Source of the DNA: Candidatus Eiseniibacteriota bacterium
Lineage (GTDB): Bacteria; Eisenbacteria; RBG-16-71-46; JABDJR01
DNA: 64,000 nt
NCBI GenBank assembly: GCA_963762255.1
Contig: CAVXKA010000001.1
Span: 928,001-992,000 of the forward strand
Direction of reading: 5' to 3'
In this document: positions 8,459 through 17,000 of the stretch, piece by piece
Position numbering within the stretch: position 1 is the first letter of the stretch
How the letters are laid out: the number at the start of each line of letters is the position of its first letter
Notes under the pieces: model-generated
Seen by the model: the letters and a program-made list of their open reading frames with translations, nothing else
What the model was told of the DNA's origin: nothing
The model's database searches: none
Position numbers and translations under genes: made by a program

Positions 8459-9121
8459 ATGATGAGGAAGAGAAGCCTCGTGTCCGCTGCCGCAATCGTG
8501 CTGCTGGCCGTTCTGGTGTGGGGGTGCGACGAGGATCCGACCTGCGTCTATCCTCCGCCACCCGATCCCGGTCAGACATCCCCCGAGAACGTGGTCAGCA
8601 CCCTGGCTGCCTCCTACCAGCGCCGGGAGATCGAGTATTACGCCGTGCTCCTCGATCCCGAGTTCCGCTTCTACTTCCAGCCGAGGGACATTCCCGACGG
8701 GCTCGAGCGCGACCACTGGAACCGGGACGAGGACTCCACCGGAACCGAAGCGCTGTTCGGCGCCACGGCAGAGGTCTCCGCGATCTACCTGGACCTCGGA
8801 GCGTTTGCTTCGGAAGACGCCGGCCGCATCGACGAGCCCGGCGCGAAACGCATCCGCCTTACCCATGTGAAGATCGAGGTGGACCAGTACACCGAGGCAG
8901 TATTGCTGGTGGAGGGCGACATCCAGGACATGTACTTCCGGCGCGGGAGCCTTGCCGCCGGCACCGACTCCACCAAGTGGTACCTGTTCGAGTGGTGGGA
9001 CGAGAGCGGCGGAGGGCGTCTCAAGCCGGCGGGCGGGGTGTCGGATACCGCTCCAGGTCCCGCAGAGTCCAACGCCCACATCCAACCCACCACCTGGGGA
9101 TCCATCAAAGCGCGCTTCTAG
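8459..9121 (+). CDS. Lipoprotein, tandem paralog 4
   Basis: SD GGAG, lipobox VWGC, same core, tail TTWGSIKARF. Confidence 0.85.
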   Translation: MMRKRSLVSAAAIVLLAVLVWGCDEDPTCVYPPPPDPGQTSPENVVSTLAASYQRREIEYYAVLLDPEFRFYFQPRDIPDGLERDHWNRDEDSTGTEALFGATAEVSAIYLDLGAFASEDAGRIDEPGAKRIRLTHVKIEVDQYTEAVLLVEGDIQDMYFRRGSLAAGTDSTKWYLFEWWDESGGGRLKPAGGVSDTAPGPAESNAHIQPTTWGSIKARF

Positions 9122-9193
9122 TGACTTGGGCCCCGACGCGTTAAGCTCTTCCGTCGAACCCTGGCCCCGATCCTTCATCTCAGGAGGCGTTCC

Positions 9194-10387
9194 ATCTCCA
9201 GCCGTCGTCGCCGTCGCCATCGCGCGCGGATTCGCATCGGCATCGTCCTCGCCATCGCGGCGGTCATCGCCTACTTCGGCTGGCGCTACTTCGCGTCGCC
9301 CCAGGGTCAGTACCAGGTCGCACAGAGCTTCTGGCGCGGGAGCGCCTCGCACGTGCGCCCCGTCGTGGAGGGAGCCCTCGAGCGCGCCGCCCGCGATCTC
9401 AGCCTTCCCGCGCCGTACCCCAAGCTCGCCTGCCGTCCCGACAGCGCCGGCACGCTTTGCTCCGCGGTGATCGCGCTGGCCCCGGGGATGAGCGCGGTCC
9501 AGGGCAACGCGATCTTCACGCGCGAACTCCTCGCGCTCGGTGTGCGCCCCCTATCCGGGACGCAAGCCGCCGACGGCTCGGCGAGCCTCCGCTACAAGGC
9601 CGGATCCAAGGTCGTGATAGGCCTCGAGATCATTCCCGCCGCTCGCTCCGGACCGGAACCCGCGGTCGTCTCGACGCCGGGCCTCGGGACCGTCAATGTG
9701 AAGGGTCGCCTCGCCCTGATCATCAACGACTACGGCGATGCCCCCGCTTTCTCGCGCGCCTTCGCCGACCTTCCCGGCACCTTCACAGCCGCCGTGCGCT
9801 CCAACGTGAGCGACGCGAAGGCTCGGGCCGACGAAGCGCGGCGCGCCCGGATGGAGGTCATCGTGAACCTCCCTCTCGAGCCCAAGAACTTTCCCACCCA
9901 CGATCCCGGCGCGGACGCCGTGCTCGTGGACCTCTCCGGCCGCGAGATCCGCCGAATCGTGGCGGACGCGGTCCAGAAGCTGCGTCCGGTGACCGGGGTG
10001 AAGACATTCATGGGAGACCTGGCCATCGAGGACCGCGACGTAATGCGCCCGGTGCTCGAGGAGCTCGCCAAGGAGAAGCTCTTCTTCGTGGACGCCACCG
10101 GCTCGACCTACAGCACGACCCGCGAGTTGGCCCACGAGATCCGCCTGCCCCACTTCCTGATCTCGTCCATCAACGAGGTGGACGAGGGGCACACCGACGC
10201 CGGGGCGATCGGAATCCGCTTCGACTCCCTGGTCGATGCCTGTCGGGTCAAGGGCTACGCCATCGGCATCATCCACGCCAACCCGAGCACCATCGAGGTG
10301 CTCCGCCAGCGGCTCCCGAGACTGGCCCGCGAGGGGATCGTGGTGATGGGCCTCTCCGAGGCGATGAAAGGCCTGGCCCTGGACTAG
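9194..10387 (+). CDS. Membrane-anchored divergent polysaccharide deacetylase family protein (YibQ-like), probably ATC start
   Basis: C-terminal 'LALIINDYG...NLPLEP...FMGD...LFFVDA...GYAIGIIH'. The frame of 9353..10387 extends upstream through an Arg-rich segment and a TM segment to ATC 9194, which follows AGGAGG. Confidence 0.75.
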   Translation: MSSRRRRRHRARIRIGIVLAIAAVIAYFGWRYFASPQGQYQVAQSFWRGSASHVRPVVEGALERAARDLSLPAPYPKLACRPDSAGTLCSAVIALAPGMSAVQGNAIFTRELLALGVRPLSGTQAADGSASLRYKAGSKVVIGLEIIPAARSGPEPAVVSTPGLGTVNVKGRLALIINDYGDAPAFSRAFADLPGTFTAAVRSNVSDAKARADEARRARMEVIVNLPLEPKNFPTHDPGADAVLVDLSGREIRRIVADAVQKLRPVTGVKTFMGDLAIEDRDVMRPVLEELAKEKLFFVDATGSTYSTTRELAHEIRLPHFLISSINEVDEGHTDAGAIGIRFDSLVDACRVKGYAIGIIHANPSTIEVLRQRLPRLAREGIVVMGLSEAMKGLALD

Positions 10388-10508
10388 CCCGGCTCCATGC
10401 GCCGGCGGCGGACCAGCCGCGGCTCCGCAAACCGGCCCCGGCCCCGCAAGGCCCTCCGTTAACCCTTTGCCCGCCAACGAATCACCCGCGCGGCCCGGGC
10501 GCTTTGCG

Positions 10509-10537
10509 TTGACATGACCCGCCGCCAAGGGTAGGAT
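10509..10537 (+). promoter_or_regulatory. Sigma70-type promoter for secDF
   Basis: TTGACA (10509-10514), 17 bp, TAGGAT (10532-10537). Confidence 0.65.
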
Positions 10538-10586
10538 CATGCGCCTTGTGTCCATACCCACCTGAAGTTTCCACGGAGTCATCTCG

Positions 10587-12188
10587 ATGAGCAGTCTGCG
10601 CTGGAAGTGGGCCGTCGTTGTCCTCGTGCTGGCCGTCTGGGGCTGGTACATGGTCCCGACCGTCCGCTATTACGCCATGAACCCGTCCGAGCGAGGCTCG
10701 GATTCCCCCGGGATCACCAAGATCCGCGACAACGCCATGAAGCTGGGGCTCGACCTGCAGGGCGGCTCGTATCTGGTGTACGAGGTGAACCTGGACAAGA
10801 TCCCCGAGGACCAGCGCCGAGGGGACGAGGTGGACCGCGCCATCGAGATCATCCGCAACCGCGTCGACCAGTTCGGCGTGGCGGAGCCGGTGATCCAGAA
10901 GCAGGGGGAGAACCGGATCGTCGTCCAGCTTCCCGGTCTCCAGGATCCGGAGCGCGCCAAGGAGTTGGTGGGGAAGACCGCGCGGCTGGAGTTCCGGCTG
11001 GTGAAGACCAAGCAGGAGTTCTTTCAAGCCCTGACCGTGATGGACCAGACCATGGCTCGCCGGCAGCGGGCGGGCGCTCCGGGTGACAGCGCCGCCGCCG
11101 ACACAGCCGCCGTGGACAACCCGTTCTCGAAGCTCTTGCAGCAGGTCAACCCCGACGCGGGCTACGCCTACTGTCCGGCGGAAAACCTCGACGCCGCGAA
11201 AGCGATGCTGGAAGAGGTCCAGGGCCCCGCCGAAAGCCCCCGCGTTCTCGCCGGCGGCACGGTGCTGATGTGGGGTGAGCGCCAGTTCGGGGCCACCACG
11301 GAGAACCCGGGCCGTTACCTGTACGCGCTGACCTCCAGGCCGAACCTGACCGGCGACCAGGTCGCCGACGCGCGGGTGGCCTTCGGTCTCGAGACCTCCC
11401 GGCCCAACGCCCCCGGCATCAGCCTCACGCTGGACAAGCGAGGGGCGGCGGTGTTCACCAAGCTCACCGGCGACAACGTCGGCCGCCAGCTTGCGATCGT
11501 GCTGGACGGCAGCGTGAAGTCGGCCCCGGTCATCCAGGACAAGATCCGCGGCGGCCGGGCGTCGATCACGGGTCTCGACGGGGACGCGGAAGCCAAGGAC
11601 CTTGGCATCGTGCTTCGCGCCGGCGCCCTTCCCACCGATCTCGTGCTGCAGGAAGAGCGCACGGTGGGGCCGAGCCTCGGACGCGACAGCATCCAGGCGG
11701 GGACGCGGGCCGCATGGGTCGGCTTCGGCCTGGTCGTGCTCTTCATGATCGTCTACTACCAACTCTCCGGCGTGCTCGCGGTGGCCGCCCTCATCGTGAA
11801 CCTCTTCTTCATCTTCGCCACATTGGGGATGTTGCGCGGGACGCTCACGCTGCCCGGCATCGCCGGCATCGTGCTTACCGTCGGCATGGCGGTAGACGCC
11901 AACGTGCTGATTCTGGAGCGTGTGCGCGAGGAGCTACGGTCCGGAAAGACCGTGGCCGGCGCCATCCAGACCGGCTACGGGCGTGCGTTCCTGGCGATCT
12001 TCGACTCGAACCTGACCACCATCATCTCCTCGGTGGTGCTCTACCAGTTCGGCACCGGTCCCATCAAGGGCTTCGCCATCACGCTCCTGATCGGGATCAT
12101 CGCCAACCTCTTCACCGCGGTGTTCGTGACCAGGCTCGTGTACGACACGATCTTGGCCCGGCGTCCGCTTCACAAGCTCAGCATTTGA
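10587..12188 (+). CDS. secD: Protein translocase subunit SecD
   Basis: KLGLDLQGG, IRNRVDQFGVAEP, LRAGALP, VGPSLG, TLPGIAG, GMAVDANVLILERVREE, GPIKGFA. Confidence 0.96.
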   Translation: MSSLRWKWAVVVLVLAVWGWYMVPTVRYYAMNPSERGSDSPGITKIRDNAMKLGLDLQGGSYLVYEVNLDKIPEDQRRGDEVDRAIEIIRNRVDQFGVAEPVIQKQGENRIVVQLPGLQDPERAKELVGKTARLEFRLVKTKQEFFQALTVMDQTMARRQRAGAPGDSAAADTAAVDNPFSKLLQQVNPDAGYAYCPAENLDAAKAMLEEVQGPAESPRVLAGGTVLMWGERQFGATTENPGRYLYALTSRPNLTGDQVADARVAFGLETSRPNAPGISLTLDKRGAAVFTKLTGDNVGRQLAIVLDGSVKSAPVIQDKIRGGRASITGLDGDAEAKDLGIVLRAGALPTDLVLQEERTVGPSLGRDSIQAGTRAAWVGFGLVVLFMIVYYQLSGVLAVAALIVNLFFIFATLGMLRGTLTLPGIAGIVLTVGMAVDANVLILERVREELRSGKTVAGAIQTGYGRAFLAIFDSNLTTIISSVVLYQFGTGPIKGFAITLLIGIIANLFTAVFVTRLVYDTILARRPLHKLSI

Positions 12189-12196
12189 GGTAGCCC

Positions 12197-13144
12197 ATGT
12201 TGCAGATGTTCGTTGGCGCCAAGTACAAGTGGATGGAGAAGAGGCGGTGGGCCTATCTCTTCTCCGGCATCCTCGTCCTCGCCAGTATTGCCTCCCTTGT
12301 CTTGCACGGCGGCCCGCGGAAGTCGGTGGATTTCTCGGGCGGCACCGTGCTCTATCTGGAGTTCAGCCCGGCGACCAACGTCGGTGTGGTTCGCGACGTC
12401 GCATCCAGCGCGGGCTTTGGCGGCTCCGAGGTGCAGATGACGGAAGGGGGCGTGCAAGCCATCGTACGGCTCGGGGAACTCAAGGGCAACGCGGCCCCGT
12501 TCGATGATTTCAAAAAGAGCTTCGCTGCCGCGAACCCGGGGACGACGGTGACCCTGCTCAGCCAGGATCAGGTCGGCCCCAAGGTGGGCAAGGAGCTGGC
12601 CCAGAAAGCCACCTGGGCGGTGACCTGGAGCCTCATCCTCATTCTTCTCTATGTTGCCTGGCGGTTCACGCGGATCTCCTTCGGGTTGGGTGGCGTCATC
12701 GCCCTCTTCCACGACGTCTTGATCACCCTCGGGGTGTTCTCCGTGTTGAACAAGGAGGTGGGTCTCACCGTACTGGCCGCCCTTCTCACCATCGGCGGGT
12801 ACTCGATCAACGACACGATCATCGTGTTCGACCGTATTCGGGAAAATACGGGGCTCGCGCGGCGGATGACGCTCCTCGAGATCATGGACAAGAGCATCAA
12901 CCAGACCCTGACCCGCACGATCCTCACCGGCGGCACGACCTTGCTCGCGGTGATCTCGCTCCTCTTCCTGGGTGGGCCGGTCATCCACGACTTCGCGCTG
13001 GCGATGTTCATCGGCGTGTTCTTCGGGACATACTCCTCGGTGTACGTGGCGAGCGCTCTGGCCCTCGACATCCACACGTGGTGGACCAAGCGCAAGGTGG
13101 CCCGGACTTCCGGCGCCTCCGCCAAGGCCGCGGTCGCGCGCTGA
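12197..13144 (+). CDS. secF: Protein translocase subunit SecF
   Basis: DFSGG, VGPKVGKEL, ALFHDV, GYSINDTIIVFDRIRE, GTYSS. Confidence 0.96.
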   Translation: MLQMFVGAKYKWMEKRRWAYLFSGILVLASIASLVLHGGPRKSVDFSGGTVLYLEFSPATNVGVVRDVASSAGFGGSEVQMTEGGVQAIVRLGELKGNAAPFDDFKKSFAAANPGTTVTLLSQDQVGPKVGKELAQKATWAVTWSLILILLYVAWRFTRISFGLGGVIALFHDVLITLGVFSVLNKEVGLTVLAALLTIGGYSINDTIIVFDRIRENTGLARRMTLLEIMDKSINQTLTRTILTGGTTLLAVISLLFLGGPVIHDFALAMFIGVFFGTYSSVYVASALALDIHTWWTKRKVARTSGASAKAAVAR

Positions 13145-13166
13145 GCGGCGATCCGAATCGTTTTCG

Positions 13167-13203
13167 GCTCCCCTCCGGCCGAAACCGGAGGGGAGCTTTT
13201 TTT
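13167..13203 (+). terminator. Rho-independent terminator after secF
   Basis: GCTCCCCTCCGG-CCGAAA-CCGGAGGGGAGC followed by T7. Confidence 0.9.
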
Positions 13204-13351
13204 CTGGGACCGGAGCGAGTCCTTGATGGTCGTTCCCCCCGCTCTTGACGGGGTCCTTTATAATCGGGGTCCACGCGCGGGCCGGGTGCCGACCCCCTCA
13301 CGGCCGCCAGGGAACCTCAGTCCCCCTCTCGTGGTGAGAAGGCTTGTGATC

Positions 13352-14041
13352 ATGAGACCTTTGCGCTCCTCGATGCGCTTGCTGTCGCTCCTGGCCGGCG
13401 TGGTTCTCCTCGCGGTCGGCCCCGCGACGAGCTTTGCGCTGCCCGAAGGGTTCCGGGTCGCCCGACTCAAGTACGGCGGGGGAGGGGATTGGTACTCGAA
13501 CCCCTCGTCGCTTCCCAACCTGGCCAAGGCGGTGCGGGACCGCACCCCGGTCCCAGTGACCGATGACCGGGAAGCCCGGGTGGATCTCCTTGACGAGGAT
13601 CTTTTTTCCTACCCCCTCCTCTACATGAACGGCCATGGGGAGGTCCGGTTCAGCCAGGCCGAGATCCAACGACTGCGCGAGTACCTGGATCGGGGTGGAT
13701 TCCTCTGGGCGGACGACAACTACGGCATGGATCGTTCGTTCCGACGGGAGATGGCCAAGGTGTTCCCGGACGCGCCCCTAGTCGAACTCCCCTTTGACTC
13801 CCCGGTCTTCAGCGCTTTTTACGACCTTCCCCGCGGATTGCCCAAGATTCACGAACATGACGGGAAGCCGGCGCAGGCTTTCGGGATATTCAGCGAAGGT
13901 CGGCTCTGCGTCCTCTACTCCTACCAGTCCGACATCGGGGACGGCTTGGAAGACCCCGATGTGCACAAGGATCCGGAACCCGTGCGCGAGCAGGCCATGC
14001 GATTCGCCGTGAACCTGGTCGTGTACGTCATGACGCACTAG
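13352..14041 (+). CDS. DUF4159 domain protein (exported)
   Basis: Signal peptide; ARLKYGGGGDWYSNP, YPLLYMNGHG, GGFLWADDNYG, LPKIHEHDGKP, DIGDG. Start is 13352 or 13373. Confidence 0.85.
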   Translation: MRPLRSSMRLLSLLAGVVLLAVGPATSFALPEGFRVARLKYGGGGDWYSNPSSLPNLAKAVRDRTPVPVTDDREARVDLLDEDLFSYPLLYMNGHGEVRFSQAEIQRLREYLDRGGFLWADDNYGMDRSFRREMAKVFPDAPLVELPFDSPVFSAFYDLPRGLPKIHEHDGKPAQAFGIFSEGRLCVLYSYQSDIGDGLEDPDVHKDPEPVREQAMRFAVNLVVYVMTH

Positions 14042-14049
14042 GAACCTGC

Positions 14050-17000
14050 ATGAACGACCCTGGATATCGCCGCATCATCGAGGCGCTGGACGACGGACGG
14101 CGGGCCCTTCTCCGGGCTCGGCTGACCGCGGGGGCCGTACGCTTCCTCGGGATCGCGCTCGCTACCGGTGCCGGGCTCGTGCTGTGGGCGCTATTGCAGC
14201 GCGCGCTGCGCTTCTACAGCGTCCCGGTGGCCACCGCGGCGTCGGTGATCGGTGCCGGGTTCGCCGTCTTCGCGCTGGTGCGCTGGCTCGTGATCCCGCT
14301 CGTCCGGCTGCCCGGCCGCGACGATTTCGTGGCGATGGTCGAGCGCCGCTATCCCGAGCAGAAGAACCTGATCGTCAACGCCTATCAACTGGGCAGCCGC
14401 GAACCGGAGGGGCAGACGGCCCGGGCGTCCGATCTGGTCGAGGCCCTGGTCGCGCGCGCTTCGCAGCGCATCGAGAACCTGGACCTGCGCCGCTGGCGGG
14501 ATCCCGCCCCCGATCGGCCCTTCCTGTGGGCGGGCGGGGCCGCGCTGGTGGCGATGCTGCTGCTGGCCGTGATCTCCCCGTCGCTCCTCGCCACCGCAAT
14601 GGGACAGATCGTCCGGCCGTCGCTCGCCGAGGCGCCGCCGGTCGCGATCGCTGTGACCCCCGGCAGCGTCGAGATCGATCGCGGCGGCGACGTCGAGATC
14701 GTCGCCACGGTGAGCGGTATCGGCACCGCGCCCACCCTGCGTTTCCGGGAGCGCAACGGCACCTGGCGCAATCGGGATTTCCAGCCCCGCAGCGAAGGGG
14801 CCGTCACCCGCGACGGCGGCGCGTGGTGGACCCAGCTCGCCGATGTGGATCGCAACCTGGAGTATCAGGTCGCGGGTCCGCGCACCGAGAGCCCTGTCTA
14901 TACGGTCACCGTCCGCGAGCCGCCGCGCCTCGCCGGGTTCCGCGCCTCGCTGCGCTACCCGACCTACAGCGGCCTCTCCGCGGAGACGATCACCTCGGGC
15001 ACCGGCGATCTTGCCGCGCTCAAGGGAACCGAAGTGGATCTGCGCGTCCTCACCAATCGGCCGCTCTCGAGCGGTTGGTTGGAGTGGTACGCCGAGGGCG
15101 CCGCACCCCGGCGCGCGGATCTCGAAGCGATCGACCCCACCACGTGGAAGGCGGCGTTCACGGTGATGGAGCCGGCGAGCTATTCGGTCGTGCTCGCCGA
15201 CGAGACCGGCGCCGAGCGTCTGCGGTCCCCGCGATACCGACTTGAGGCGGTGCCCGACCGCGCGCCCTATCTCACCCTGCACTATCCGCAGGAAGACCAC
15301 GATCTCGCCGACGACATGATGGAGCGGATCGTGGCCGACGCCGCCGACGACTACGGGTTCAGCTCCTGCCGGCTCTTCTATCGGATCGACGACGTCTCGG
15401 AGCGCTGGACGGCCTACGCGCCGTACACCGCGGGCCAGAAGGAATTTCGCCTCGACACCGTGTGGGACCTGAAGGGTCTCGACATGGGGCCGGGCTCGGT
15501 ACTGTCCTACTACCTGGAAGTGCGCGACAACGACGCGGTGAGCGGGGCCAAGTCCGCGCGCTCGCCGGTGCGCCGCGTGCGCTTCCCCACCGTGGGCGAA
15601 ATCTACGCCGACGTGGCCAAGGATCAGGACCGTGAGATCGGGGACCTCTCCGACATGCGCCAGGAGCAGACCGATCTGCGCGATCGTCTGCAGAAGCTCT
15701 CCGACGAACTCAAGCAGGGTAAGGAGCTGAACTGGGATCTGCGCCGCGACGTGGAGAAGTCGCTGGAGCGGCAAGCGTCTCTGGAGGAGCAGCTCTCCGA
15801 GGTGTCGCAGCGGATGCAGGAGACGGTGGCCAAGGCAGCCGACCGCGCGCAGATGAATCAGGCCCTCGTGCAGAAGATGGCCGAGATCAACGACCTCATC
15901 GAGAACATGGCCAACGAGGAACTGAAGCGATCCTTCCAGGAGCTGAGCACCGCGCTGGACAAGATGGACCGCGACGCGATTCGGCGGGCGCTCGAAAAGT
16001 TCCAGACGTCGCAAGAGGACATGCTCAAGGGCCTCGACCGCACCGTCGAGCTGTTGAAGCAGATCAAGCGCGAGGGCCAGGTCGAGGACGTGGTGCGCCG
16101 CACCGACGAGATCGCCAAGCTCCAGGAGCAGATCGCCAAGGAACTCGAGAAGATGGGGGCGCGGGAGGAGAAGGAGCAGGGCGACCAGGCCAAGGCCGGC
16201 GAGCAGGAGCAGGGGGACGAGGCGAAGCAGGACCAACAGGGCGAGCAGGACGAGGCGGCGAAGCAGAAGCCCGGAGACGAACAGAAGCCCGGGGAGCCCA
16301 AGAACGACGAGCAGAAGTCCCAAGAGCAACAGGGCGATCAAGACCAGGGCTCGCAGGGCGAGAAGTCGGATGAGGAGAAAGCCGCGGCGGAGAAGGCCGC
16401 GGCCAAGCAGCTCGAGGAGATGAAGGAACGCCTCGAGAAACTCCGCGACCAACTGGCCAAGGAGAACGAGGAAGCCGACAAGAACAAGAACGGCTCGCAG
16501 AAGCAACAGGGCTCACAGGATGAGCAGGAGCGCCTGCAGCAGCTCGGCCAGCAGCAGGAGCAGGCCGAGCAGATGGTCCAGGAGTTGCGCCGCCAGCTCG
16601 AGACGCTTTCCAAGATCCAGGAGCAGCAAGCGGCGGACAAGCGCCTGGAAGAGATGCAGAAGAGCCAGGACCTGAAGCGCATGCAGGAGAACATGAAGAG
16701 CGCCCAGCAGGGGATGCAGAGCGGCCAGATGAAGCCCTCGGCCGATTTCGCGTTTCGCGCGCGCGACCAGGCCAAGCGGCTGGCCGACATGGCGAAGTCG
16801 ATGCAGCAGCAGATGCAGCAGGAACAGGACGACGACACCATCCAGCGGATGGAGAAGGTGATCCGCGAGCTCATCCAGGTTTCGGGGGAGCAGGAGGGCG
16901 TGTCCGCCGGCGTCGAGCCGGACGAGCGCCTTCTGGCCCAGCGCCAGCTCAACCTGGCCGAGGCCGCCGAAGCCATCGCCGACAGCCTGCAGGAGGTGTC

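Noticed and set aside
5849-9121. Diversity-generating retroelement explanation for the near-identical repeats
   Set aside because: No reverse transcriptase in the window, both copies lie in intact CDSs, and the mismatches are not adenine-specific (T/C, C/T, A/C, A/T).
13245-13264. TTGACG...TATAAT promoter upstream of DUF4159
   Set aside because: Only 8 bp separate the hexamers. The -10 may be real but the pair is not a canonical sigma70 promoter.
16160-16570. Repetitive CAG/GAG-rich DNA
   Set aside because: Low-complexity Gln/Glu/Lys linker of the DUF4175-like protein; not a CRISPR or regular tandem array.
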